The notes beneath the pieces are model-generated. The model saw only the letters and a list, made by a program, of their open reading frames with translations, had not been told where the DNA came from and ran no database searches. Source: Candidatus Kaiserbacteria bacterium (lineage in GTDB: Bacteria; Patescibacteriota; Minisyncoccia; Phycocordibacterales; UBA918). Taken from it: 64,000 bases of DNA. The stretch is taken from positions 155,386-219,385 of the forward strand of contig CP064968.1 in assembly GCA_016699245.1 (NCBI GenBank), written 5' to 3'. Shown piece after piece: positions 8,989 through 17,711 of the stretch; the stretch's first letter is position 1, and every line of letters starts with the position of its first letter. The position numbers and the translations under genes were made by a program.

Positions 8989-9210
8989 ATGTACATACGT
9001 GTTCATGCGATTCCTAACGCAAAGAAAGAGAAGGTGATACGTGAAGACGAGACCACTTTTACTATTTCCGTAAAGGAGCCCGCAACACAAAATCTCGCCA
9101 ACAAGCGGATTCGGGAAGTTTTGGCTCAGGAATTAGGTGTTTCTCCTACGCACGTGCGCCTACTGACGGGACACCAAAATAGGAGTAAAATGTATAGTGT
9201 AGAGATGTAG
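8989..9210 (+). CDS. DUF167/YggU-family small protein
   Basis: Pattern VHAIPNAKKEKV...ISVKEPATQNLANKRIREVLAQELGV resembles UPF0235/YggU. Confidence 0.5.
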   Translation: MYIRVHAIPNAKKEKVIREDETTFTISVKEPATQNLANKRIREVLAQELGVSPTHVRLLTGHQNRSKMYSVEM

Positions 9211-9234
9211 GTATCAGTTTAATCAAACAAACAT

Positions 9235-9600
9235 ATGACGTTTCCTCACATCAATGTAAAAGCAACTAACTACACTGTCACGCCCAAGTTAGAAACATTG
9301 CTTGATCAGAAGTTTATGCCACTCGGCAAATTACTCGATGATAGAAATGAAGTACTCTGTGAAGTTGAACTCGAGAAAGTCGCCGAACATCAATCAGGGA
9401 AAATTTATCGTGCAGAAGTCAATCTTACGGTAAATGGAAAGTTGTTTCGAACCGAAGCAACTGAAGAAGAAATGGAACAAGCTATCGACAGCGCACGGAA
9501 CGATTTGAAAGCTGAGTTGCAGCGTGCGAACGGTCGTCGCCACAGTCTCGTGCGCAAAGGAGGGCAGATGCTTAAGGATATGATTCGTTCCGGAAAATAG
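9235..9600 (+). CDS. hpf: Ribosome hibernation promoting factor (HPF/RaiA family)
   Basis: HPF-like beta-alpha-beta-beta-beta-alpha N-terminus (INVKATNYTVTPKLETLLDQK...EVNLTVNGKLFRTEATEE). Confidence 0.75.
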   Translation: MTFPHINVKATNYTVTPKLETLLDQKFMPLGKLLDDRNEVLCEVELEKVAEHQSGKIYRAEVNLTVNGKLFRTEATEEEMEQAIDSARNDLKAELQRANGRRHSLVRKGGQMLKDMIRSGK

Positions 9601-9616
9601 GGAATAGTGATGTAAC

Positions 9617-9651
9617 TAAAAACAGTAGGTCAGAAAGACCTACTGTTTTTA
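9617..9651. terminator. Intrinsic terminator after hpf; also downstream of convergent fmt
   Basis: aaaaacagtaggtc-agaaa-gacctactgttttt. Confidence 0.65.
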
Positions 9652-9652
9652 G

Positions 9653-10507
9653 TTATTGTATGAAAGTCTCGTACGACATTTCTTTTTTTCCTTCGGGGAT
9701 GACGCGGAGAATTTTGAGGGAGCCGTCTTCGGCAAGTTTTGCATCTACTATTTTTATACGCATGCGCACGCCATTTTTCTCAGTGAAAAAGAATGTGCCA
9801 GGCCAGCCATCGAATGCACAGATTTTAAGGAAGTTTTGATAGTGGTCACCCTTGAGTGAAATCTCGCCCATCTCTTTTGTAATCTTTGTACAAAATGTTG
9901 CTTTGGTGTGGTCTTGCTCTGTGGGTGTTATCTCACCTCGTAGCCACTTCGGAATTACTTCTGCTAAAAGTGTGCCACCTTGATGTGCCATAATTTCATC
10001 GAGTTCGAGACCAGGGATAGGCCATGCTGGAGTAGGTGTTTTGATTTGCGCCACAATAGGTCCATGATCCATTTCTGCATCCATGTGCATAATGGTGACA
10101 CCAGTTTCGCGTATGTCTCCGAGAATCGCACTTCTGATAGGGCTTGCACCGCGAAGTAGGGGAAGGAGTGAGGGATGCACATTGAGTGTCTTGTGTGTGG
10201 GGAGATTGATGAGCCACTCGGGGAGAATCTTGCCGTAGGCCACCACCACAAATAAATCCCATGATGCTTCGGTGAGTGTGTGGAGATCGTCAGGATTCTT
10301 GAGTGATGTGGGTTGGAATACGGGAATGCCATGTGCCTTGCCCCAGGTAGCCACGGGTGGTTGGGTCATGATTTGTTTTCGCCCAACGGGTGCATCGGGG
10401 TTCGTGACGATGAGACTTGGTACAATTCCTGCCTTCTCAAGTTCTTCAAGTACCCACACCGCAATCTGTGGTGTGCCGAAGAACGCAATGCGTGGGGGAG
10501 TGCTCAT
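9653..10507 (-). CDS. fmt: Methionyl-tRNA formyltransferase
   Basis: IAFFGTPQIAVWVLEEL, HPSLLPLLRGASPI and the Fmt C-terminal domain. Start set at MSTPP (ATG 10507), immediately after def stop. The track ORF extends further upstream. Confidence 0.85.
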   Translation of the reverse strand: MSTPPRIAFFGTPQIAVWVLEELEKAGIVPSLIVTNPDAPVGRKQIMTQPPVATWGKAHGIPVFQPTSLKNPDDLHTLTEASWDLFVVVAYGKILPEWLINLPTHKTLNVHPSLLPLLRGASPIRSAILGDIRETGVTIMHMDAEMDHGPIVAQIKTPTPAWPIPGLELDEIMAHQGGTLLAEVIPKWLRGEITPTEQDHTKATFCTKITKEMGEISLKGDHYQNFLKICAFDGWPGTFFFTEKNGVRMRIKIVDAKLAEDGSLKILRVIPEGKKEMSYETFIQ

Positions 10508-10508
10508 A

Positions 10509-11045
10509 TTATTTTGCTTCGTGGAGTTGCTTGGCTTCTTCATCATCTTTGTGCCAGACACGCTCTGCTTTGTCGATGAAGAGAATGCCGTCGAGGTGGT
10601 CGACTTCATGTTGAAAAATTTGTGCAAGAAGTCCGCTCGCACCTCGCTCGAATTCCTTACCTTTTTCATCATAGGCGCGAATGGTGGCGTGGGTAGAGCG
10701 TCGCACCGCACCGTAGTTTTCACCCACTGAGAGACATCCCTCGCCCACAAGTTTTGAACGCTTTGATATTTTCACTATACGCGGATTAATAGCAATGATT
10801 TCAGGGAGAAGGCCCTTTTCTTCCTTTAGGGTGCTTGTGTTGTGCACAATAAAGATGCGAAGTGGTACGCCAACTTGTGGTGCCGCAATAGCGACACCAT
10901 TAAAACCATTGATGTTGTATGCATCAAGCGCGGTGCGCATATCCTTCAAAATCTTCTGAATCTTTGGCGAGGTGATTTCCTCTACGGGAACCTCATCAGC
11001 AATATCATGAAGTGCGGGATGGTTTTGTGCGACTAATTTAGACAT
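10509..11045 (-). CDS. def: Peptide deformylase
   Basis: GVGIAAPQVG-like (GVAIAAPQVG), EGCLS, QHEVDHLDG metal-binding motifs. Confidence 0.9.
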   Translation of the reverse strand: MSKLVAQNHPALHDIADEVPVEEITSPKIQKILKDMRTALDAYNINGFNGVAIAAPQVGVPLRIFIVHNTSTLKEEKGLLPEIIAINPRIVKISKRSKLVGEGCLSVGENYGAVRRSTHATIRAYDEKGKEFERGASGLLAQIFQHEVDHLDGILFIDKAERVWHKDDEEAKQLHEAK

Positions 11046-11112
11046 ACGTTTTGCTACTATAGCGCAGAATTGATAGAAAATAAATATTACCGCAATGCAA
11101 GCCCATACAACA

Positions 11113-11154
11113 CGCTTACCGTATACGTAACAGGTGTTACGTATACGGTAAGCG
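11113..11154. promoter_or_regulatory. Perfect 20-bp inverted repeat (cgcttaccgtatacgtaaca-gg-tgttacgtatacggtaagcg) upstream of the def-fmt operon
   Basis: Seen directly in sequence, about 70 bp upstream of def ATG on the minus strand. Candidate operator or strong hairpin. Confidence 0.4.
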
Positions 11155-11183
11155 TGAGTGACTTACGATGTCCGACCATATTA

Positions 11184-11218
11184 TAAAAAAAGATGCCCAG
11201 CGTATAATTGCTGGGCAT
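11184..11218 (-). terminator. Intrinsic terminator downstream of priA/small ORF
   Basis: On minus strand: atgcccagcaattatacgctgggcat followed by a T7 run. Confidence 0.65.
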
Positions 11219-11237
11219 GTGTGCGTTGCGTAGCGGG

Positions 11238-11516
11238 TCACCTTGGATACCGTTTAAACATCTCTTCGGCTTCTTCTCGTGAGGAGAAGTATCCAGTAAA
11301 TTTCCCATCGTGATCAGTACCTGTGCGCCATTTTCCGTTCTTGTGAAGATACAGGTAGGACTTATTTTTGTCTCCTGCACTGCGGGAGACGTACCAACCG
11401 TATTTGTTTTCGCAGATCTCAATTTTTTCCACTTTCTGTTTCCTTTCTATGGACTGTTGGCAATTAACGACAAAAAAGATTATACCACATAGATAAATAT
11501 AGTCAATCTTACACAA
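11238..11516 (-). CDS. Hypothetical small protein, weak
   Basis: ORF only. Overlaps priA stop by 8 nt. No recognisable motif. Confidence 0.2.
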   Translation of the reverse strand: MCKIDYIYLCGIIFFVVNCQQSIERKQKVEKIEICENKYGWYVSRSAGDKNKSYLYLHKNGKWRTGTDHDGKFTGYFSSREEAEEMFKRYPR

Positions 11517-13401
11517 TCCGGTCGGGGTTGATGACGATACGGACGGAGGGGGGGAGGGAGCGAAGTAATGCGCTTAATTTTTGGTTGGGCCATTCGTTAC
11601 TCGGGATGCGCATGAGCCCGTACATTATAGGTGCTTCTTTGGTGGAGGTGGGGCTTTGGTAGACGGAAAGTTTGTAGTCCTTGAGGATTGCGGTTATGTC
11701 TTCTTCGAGTTTTTTGGTCACAAGCGGTGAGCCCTGCCAGGTAAGGTGCACAAAGGTGGCGTAGGGTGGATATGCAAATGATTTCCGAAGTGCAAGCTCC
11801 TCGGTATAAAAATTCTCCACATACCCATGGCGTGCAAAGGTGAGTGTGGGTGCCTCGGGAGCGCGCGTCTGAATAAATACTTTACCCTTTGTGCTTTCGC
11901 GAAGACGGAGGAGGAGGGCGAGATTTTCTTCTTCGAGACGCCAGGTGGGTGTTGCAAGGAGTGCGTCCATGTTGACCACGACCGAGAGGTCGACAGGCAG
12001 AGTGAGATAGGGAAGTGTCATGTGTGTTCCAAGCAGAATCACCCCTTTGCCAGAGTAGAAGGTATCACGAAGAAACAGCGCTTTTTTATAAGTCTTTGCG
12101 GTGATGTGGTCAAAGAGAATGACCGGGATGGTGGGAAATTGTTTATGCAGTTCGTCATATACCTGCTGGATGCCGATGCCGCGCTCGCGAAGGCGCCACG
12201 ACCCGCATGCGGTACAGGTCTCGCTCGCGCGCACGCGCTCGCCCGAAGCACTACACACAAACCAGCGTTCCTCGACGCCACCTTTCATGGTACGAATGAG
12301 TGAGTACGGCGCGCCACTTTCTTTTGAGCGAAAGATGTACCCACAATCAATACACGACACCACCGGTGCGAGCCCACGACGAGCCGCAAAGAGAAACATA
12401 CGCCCCTTTTTCTTGCGGACCTCTTTAATAGCCTGCACCACTTCTGGTGAAAAAAGTGCAAAGGATGCTGCAAGAGCATCTTCCTTTGGTGAAGTATCTA
12501 TTACCTCAAGTGTGCCAGGAAGTTCTATGCGCTTCGGTGTTTCACCCAAGGTTGCATAGTGTTCATCCCGTCGTAGTGACTCTTCTTCGGCACGTGGCAA
12601 GATATCAGCAAAGAGCAGGGTGCGACCCGTGTGGCGCGCATGGATGCGGAGTACGTCGCGGTAGTCGAGATAGGGACGCGTCAATTCTTTGTAGTACGGT
12701 GAGCGCGCATGTTCGATAATGACGGTGGTAATGTCGTGTCGCTCTATGAGTGCATAGGTAGGTGTGGTGATAATGAGTTTTGCTTTGCTAAAATCCTCAA
12801 GACGCGCAAACCCTTTTTTGATTTCTGATTTTGTACATGCGGTAGTGAGGAGGATGATGCGGTCGGTGATACCATTTTGTAATTCAGTACATACCTCAGT
12901 TGCTTCTATCGATGATGGCACGACAATCAAGACTGAGCCACTGTGTGCAAAAGTCTCACGCACAAGTGAACGATACGCCAAATAGCGGTCGCTCTTTTTT
13001 GCTTCTAGTACTTGAGGCACGTGTGTCTCCTCGGGGGTCACATGATGTGTGTGGGGAATCTCGATTTCACCATTCCTAATTTCGGGAGGCAGGAGTGCAT
13101 AAAGCACAGCACCAACGGAAGACGCATACTGAAGACTGAGTGCCTCTGCTGTTTTAACATATGCGTCTCCGAGGGAATGAAGTGTTTTCTGTGGTGGAAG
13201 TTTGCGCAGTGAAAAGGTGGCAGCACGGAGCGCGGTTTTTGTGGTGCTTACCTCATGCACTTCAGTAACGAGTCCAAGTGCAGATGAGTTACGCACAGGG
13301 ATAGTGACAATACTTCCGGGTGCATACGAAATACTCGAAAAGTAGGAGAGAGAATCGATGGTGACACCGCGACGCAAAGGGACAACAGTAATTACGAACA
13401 T
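11509..13401 (-). CDS. priA: Primosomal protein N' (PriA helicase)
   Basis: Cys-rich zinc-binding insertion (CIDCGYIF...CTACGSWRLRERGIG), helicase motifs. Conserved priA-def-fmt arrangement. Confidence 0.85.
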   Translation of the reverse strand: MFVITVVPLRRGVTIDSLSYFSSISYAPGSIVTIPVRNSSALGLVTEVHEVSTTKTALRAATFSLRKLPPQKTLHSLGDAYVKTAEALSLQYASSVGAVLYALLPPEIRNGEIEIPHTHHVTPEETHVPQVLEAKKSDRYLAYRSLVRETFAHSGSVLIVVPSSIEATEVCTELQNGITDRIILLTTACTKSEIKKGFARLEDFSKAKLIITTPTYALIERHDITTVIIEHARSPYYKELTRPYLDYRDVLRIHARHTGRTLLFADILPRAEEESLRRDEHYATLGETPKRIELPGTLEVIDTSPKEDALAASFALFSPEVVQAIKEVRKKKGRMFLFAARRGLAPVVSCIDCGYIFRSKESGAPYSLIRTMKGGVEERWFVCSASGERVRASETCTACGSWRLRERGIGIQQVYDELHKQFPTIPVILFDHITAKTYKKALFLRDTFYSGKGVILLGTHMTLPYLTLPVDLSVVVNMDALLATPTWRLEEENLALLLRLRESTKGKVFIQTRAPEAPTLTFARHGYVENFYTEELALRKSFAYPPYATFVHLTWQGSPLVTKKLEEDITAILKDYKLSVYQSPTSTKEAPIMYGLMRIPSNEWPNQKLSALLRSLPPSVRIVINPDRIV

Positions 13402-13477
13402 TCTCGGTATTCTAGCAAATACACAGTGGTTTCAAAGGAAAACCCCCCGCGCGAGCAGGGGGTTGTATCATTGTCGA

Positions 13478-14980
13478 TTAAAATTCGTCGAGATACTGCA
13501 CATCGGCGCCCAGAGAGGTGAGGCGCTCAACAAGGTTTTCGTATCCGCGATTGATACTGTATATGTTGCGTAAGACGGAATGACCTTTCGCACCAAGCAT
13601 CGCGATGAGGAGAATGGTAGCAGGACGAAGTGCGGGTGGACAGATGAGTTCGTTTGGTCTTAAGGTGCGAGGTCCGGTGATGTAGATGCGGTGCGGGTCG
13701 GCAAGCACGGTGTCGGCACCGAGTTTATCGAGTTCGGTAAAGTAGAGTGCGCGTTTTTCGTATACCCAGTCATGAATAAGTGTTTGTCCCTCTGCTTGTG
13801 TTGCGATTACTGCAAAGAAGGGAAGGTTGTCGATATTGAGTCCAGGGTAGACAGAAGGGTGAATTTTTTCATGAAGTGCAACGAGTTTGGAGGGTTTGGT
13901 AGTGATATCGACGAGTTTCGTTACCCCGTTATGAGAGAAGTATGTTTTTGACTTTGTGAATTTGAATCCCATCTTTTCAAGTTTAAGAAGTTCAATCTCA
14001 AGAAACTCAATGGGGCATCTCTCAATTTTGATACTCGAGTTGGTCACAATAGCGGTCGCGAGGAAAAACATGGTGTCAGTAGGGTCCTCAGAAAGTGTGT
14101 ACTCAATATCCATGTTGAGTTTGGTAATGCCGTGGACGGTAAGTGTGGTTGTGCCCACACCTTCAATGACGACACCACATGCTTGGAAGAACGTGCACAT
14201 CTCCTGTACCTGATAGTTTGCTGAGGCGTATTTAATAACGGTTGTACTTGGTGTGAGGGCTGCTGCCATAATGGCGTTTTCCGTTACCGTATCACCTGAC
14301 TCATAGAGGATGATTTCTGTGGGTTTTTTTGGAGTTACCGATACTTTGAAATCAGTGGCAGTAGTCTCAATGTCGACACCAAAATGTTCAAGCGCGTAGA
14401 AATGTGGACGCACGGTACGACTGCCAAGTTTGCATCCCCCCGATTGTGGAAGTGAAAATGAATGGAGTGTGTGGATGAGGGGTCCAATAAACATCACAAT
14501 ACTGCGTGTCTTGCGTGCTGCCTCGATATCAATTTTCTTCAGTGCAAATACTTTTGGTGGGGTAAGTGTCACATCACTGCCATGCCACTCCACACGCATA
14601 CCGATACTCTGCAGTACTTCGATGATGCGATGCACTTCTTCAATACGGGGTACGTGGCGAAGTGTTGTCTTACCCTTATTCATGAGTGATGCACAGAGAA
14701 GTCCTACCGCACCGTTTTTAGACGTTGAGGTCACCACGGTACCGCGGAGTTTTTTACCACCTTCTATCGCGAGATTCATAGAGCCAGGGGAGAGGGTAAC
14801 AAGATTTTTCTTAAGCGCACGACCAATTTTTTTGAGCATATCAGCGCTCACGTTTTGATTACCACTTTCTATGCGAGCAATAGCGCTCTGTGTCGTCTTG
14901 AGGAGTTTTGCAAGTTCGCCCTGGGTCATACCCCTCGTCTCGCGGAGATCTGCTATTTGCTGTCCTATGTGTGTATACAT
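13478..14980 (-). CDS. murA: UDP-N-acetylglucosamine 1-carboxyvinyltransferase fused to an N-terminal XRE-type HTH domain
   Basis: Residues ~70-500 MurA (TSKNGAVGLLCASL, LPQSGGCKLGSRTV, INRGYENLVERLTSLGA). Residues 1-65 HTH_XRE-like (IADLRETRGMTQGELAKLLKTTQSAIARIESGNQNVSADMLKKIGRAL). Confidence 0.8.
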   Translation of the reverse strand: MYTHIGQQIADLRETRGMTQGELAKLLKTTQSAIARIESGNQNVSADMLKKIGRALKKNLVTLSPGSMNLAIEGGKKLRGTVVTSTSKNGAVGLLCASLMNKGKTTLRHVPRIEEVHRIIEVLQSIGMRVEWHGSDVTLTPPKVFALKKIDIEAARKTRSIVMFIGPLIHTLHSFSLPQSGGCKLGSRTVRPHFYALEHFGVDIETTATDFKVSVTPKKPTEIILYESGDTVTENAIMAAALTPSTTVIKYASANYQVQEMCTFFQACGVVIEGVGTTTLTVHGITKLNMDIEYTLSEDPTDTMFFLATAIVTNSSIKIERCPIEFLEIELLKLEKMGFKFTKSKTYFSHNGVTKLVDITTKPSKLVALHEKIHPSVYPGLNIDNLPFFAVIATQAEGQTLIHDWVYEKRALYFTELDKLGADTVLADPHRIYITGPRTLRPNELICPPALRPATILLIAMLGAKGHSVLRNIYSINRGYENLVERLTSLGADVQYLDEF

Positions 14981-15134
14981 ACGTGCCGTGCTAATTCAAT
15001 AATTTGATAAGTATAGCATCTATGCTATATGACGGAAGTAGGAGCGGGAATTCCAATATGTGGATAATCCGACTCGTATGCATTTTGTGATGGATTCGAC
15101 TTACCGTGAAAAACCCCTATAATGGGGATATCGT

Positions 15135-16148
15135 ATGGCTTACAGTTTTACTCCGAAGGTGGGAATCGACCTTGGTACGACGAACGTACTCGTGTTCGTC
15201 GAAGGAAAGGGAATTCTACTCAATGAACCCTCGGTTGTGGCGGTCTCGGGGCTCAATGAGATTCTTGCCGTGGGAAGCGAGGCAAAGCGCATGATTGGCC
15301 GTACTCCCGATACCATACGTGCGTACCGCCCAATGAAGGACGGAGTCATTGCTGACTACCGCGTGACCGAGGCTATGCTCCGCTACTTTTTGAAGAAAGC
15401 ACTCGGTAGTTTTAATATTTTTAAACCAGACGTACTTGTGTCAGTACCTGCAGGAGTTTCTTCTACAGAAAAGCGTGCCGTGATTGAGGCTACCCTGAAA
15501 GCAGGCGCACGTAATGTGTATGTGGTGAAGGAGCCCATTCTTGCAGCGATTGGTGCAAAGGTTCCTATCTATGAGCCACAAGGGCATATGATTGTTGATA
15601 TAGGTGGCGGCACCATTGACGTGGCAGTTATTTCTCTTGGCGGCATTGTGTCGTCGAACTCAGTGAAGTGCGCGGGTAATAAAATAGACGCTGCCATCAT
15701 TGATCACGTGAAGAAGACGCACAATCTTGCGATTGGTGACAAGACTGCAGAGGATATTAAAATTGGTGTTGGTTCAGCCTTGCCACTTGAGGAAGAACTC
15801 AGTATGAATGTGAGTGGGCGTGATTTACTCACGGGGCTTCCACGCACTGCAGAAGTAAAAACAAATGAAATCGTGCGTGCTATTTCCCGCGAGTTGCGAG
15901 AAATGATAAAAGCAATCAAGGACGTGTTTCAGGATACCCCACCGGAACTCGCTTCAGATATTATCGATCATGGCATTATCATGACGGGTGGTACGTCACA
16001 GTTGCGCAATTTTCCTGAACTCGTAAAACGCCGTACGGGAGTCACCGCAGCACTCGCCGACCAAGCACTTTTTTGCGTTGCAAAGGGAACCGGTGAAGCA
16101 CTCCAGCATCTTGATATCTACAAACGCACCATTCTCGCGAAGCGATAA
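15135..16148 (+). CDS. mreB: Rod shape-determining protein MreB (copy 1)
   Basis: GIDLGTTNVLVFV, actin-fold phosphate motifs DIGGGTID. Confidence 0.9.
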   Translation: MAYSFTPKVGIDLGTTNVLVFVEGKGILLNEPSVVAVSGLNEILAVGSEAKRMIGRTPDTIRAYRPMKDGVIADYRVTEAMLRYFLKKALGSFNIFKPDVLVSVPAGVSSTEKRAVIEATLKAGARNVYVVKEPILAAIGAKVPIYEPQGHMIVDIGGGTIDVAVISLGGIVSSNSVKCAGNKIDAAIIDHVKKTHNLAIGDKTAEDIKIGVGSALPLEEELSMNVSGRDLLTGLPRTAEVKTNEIVRAISRELREMIKAIKDVFQDTPPELASDIIDHGIIMTGGTSQLRNFPELVKRRTGVTAALADQALFCVAKGTGEALQHLDIYKRTILAKR

Positions 16149-16269
16149 CATCTATATACGTTTATATTGATGAATAACTTCACGAGTGGGTCTCTTCGCC
16201 ATTATTGACTTACATTGATATCCATAGTATAATAATAGCGTTATATTTTAGTTTTTTACGGAGGCTCAA

Positions 16270-16539
16270 ATGCTTGGATTCGTGTACTCCCGTCGGGAGT
16301 TTGAAAAAGGTGCACCAGTAAAGTTCGAACGGTACGGTGTTCTCCTAACAGGAAGGGTGTTGGAGCAAAATGGCGAACGTGTCAGGATTGCACTTACTAA
16401 ACCTGTCATTGTGGTCACCAAAACCATCAAGAAAAAATGGTTTGGGCGTATTGAAGAATTGAGTCAAGTGTCAAAATTGGTCTCTGAGATTGAACTTGCG
16501 TCGCACTATGTGTATTCGATTGACGAAGCACATTTGTAA
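16270..16539 (+). CDS. Hypothetical protein
   Basis: ORF only. Confidence 0.3.
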   Translation: MLGFVYSRREFEKGAPVKFERYGVLLTGRVLEQNGERVRIALTKPVIVVTKTIKKKWFGRIEELSQVSKLVSEIELASHYVYSIDEAHL

Positions 16540-16586
16540 TATTAAGAAAGTCTCAGAGCCATCATGGCATCGTGTGAAATTACACG

Positions 16587-17711
16587 GTGCCATTTTATTT
16601 TCCCCTCCTTGTTACTTACGATACGCCTATGGCGCGGTATGATACTGGTATGGAAATACCACAGCAGAAATTTAAAACCCCTGAGGAGGAGATTGCTTTT
16701 TTACGTGGAGAGATGGCACGGCGTGAGCAGGAGGTCCTCTCTCGTAATAGAGAGATGGATGCCGCCGACCGTGACAGTGTGGGAAAGGAGGTTATTCGTG
16801 AGTACGCTGAGCATGATCCCGTCATGGTTCTTGAAAAGAAGCATCAACTTACGCCGCTGGCTGTTGCCGAATCTCATGGGCATGTGGAAATTGCACCTCA
16901 TAAAGTGGAGGAGATAATCCACATAGCGTATGAAAAGGGTATTAGGAACGCGATGTCGGTCCTCGAGCGTATGAACGACCCGTTTCTCGCTGATGAAGTC
17001 CATCGCGAACTCGCGCGACTTATTAGGAATGAAACGCAGGTCGCTGACCTTAAAGAAAGTATGCCGCTCTGGAAAGTGCTCAACATGTCACTTTTTGAGA
17101 TATCTCTTCCACATCAACCCGATGAGTCCAAGCAAGATAATATCAAAGCCATCTTTTCAGCAATGGAGCAATTTTATTCCGGCATGCAGACCATTTCGGC
17201 ACGCAAGAGCCATTTGTGTTACACGCTTGAAATCGCTGTCTCTGATAAAAGTGACGATATTATTTTCTATGTTGCTGTCCCTACTGAGTTTGAAAATCTG
17301 TTTGAAAAACATTCACTTTCGCTTTTCCCACATGCGGTCCTCCGTGCCCAGCAAAACGATTACAATATTTTTGTGGATGGTGGTGTAAGTATGGTGTCTG
17401 TCCTTGAACTTAAAAAACATCCCATCTATCCACTCAAGCTCCATGAGACTTTCGAGAAGGATCCACTCAATGTTATTTTGAATGCATTTTCAAAAATTGA
17501 ACGCAATGGCGGTGGTGCAGCAATTCAGATAGTAGTCGGCAATAGCGCTGATGAATACCATGACGAATATAGCAGTATTGTGAAACGTATGGAGAAAGGT
17601 GAAAAAGCAGAAGTATCGATTCGTAAAAGCAGTTTTGGCGGTCAACTTTTTGAACTGGTGAAAGACATGGCGGTAGACCAAAAAAAGAAAGATGACCCCA
17701 ACCAATGCTGA
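16587..17711 (+). CDS. Hypothetical protein, translationally coupled to downstream TraG/VirD4-like ATPase
   Basis: ORF overlaps next gene by 20 nt. No recognised domain. True start may be at an internal Met. Confidence 0.4.
   Translation: MPFYFPLLVTYDTPMARYDTGMEIPQQKFKTPEEEIAFLRGEMARREQEVLSRNREMDAADRDSVGKEVIREYAEHDPVMVLEKKHQLTPLAVAESHGHVEIAPHKVEEIIHIAYEKGIRNAMSVLERMNDPFLADEVHRELARLIRNETQVADLKESMPLWKVLNMSLFEISLPHQPDESKQDNIKAIFSAMEQFYSGMQTISARKSHLCYTLEIAVSDKSDDIIFYVAVPTEFENLFEKHSLSLFPHAVLRAQQNDYNIFVDGGVSMVSVLELKKHPIYPLKLHETFEKDPLNVILNAFSKIERNGGGAAIQIVVGNSADEYHDEYSSIVKRMEKGEKAEVSIRKSSFGGQLFELVKDMAVDQKKKDDPNQC

Noticed and set aside
10272-10730. 152-aa and neighbouring plus-strand ORFs
   Set aside because: Antisense to fmt/def. 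No motifs.
9653-10750. Full 365-aa track ORF as the fmt boundaries
   Set aside because: An upstream extension would overlap def in another frame. A conserved Fmt N-terminus (MSTPPRIAFFGTP) begins at the internal Met right after the def stop, so the start was placed at 10507.
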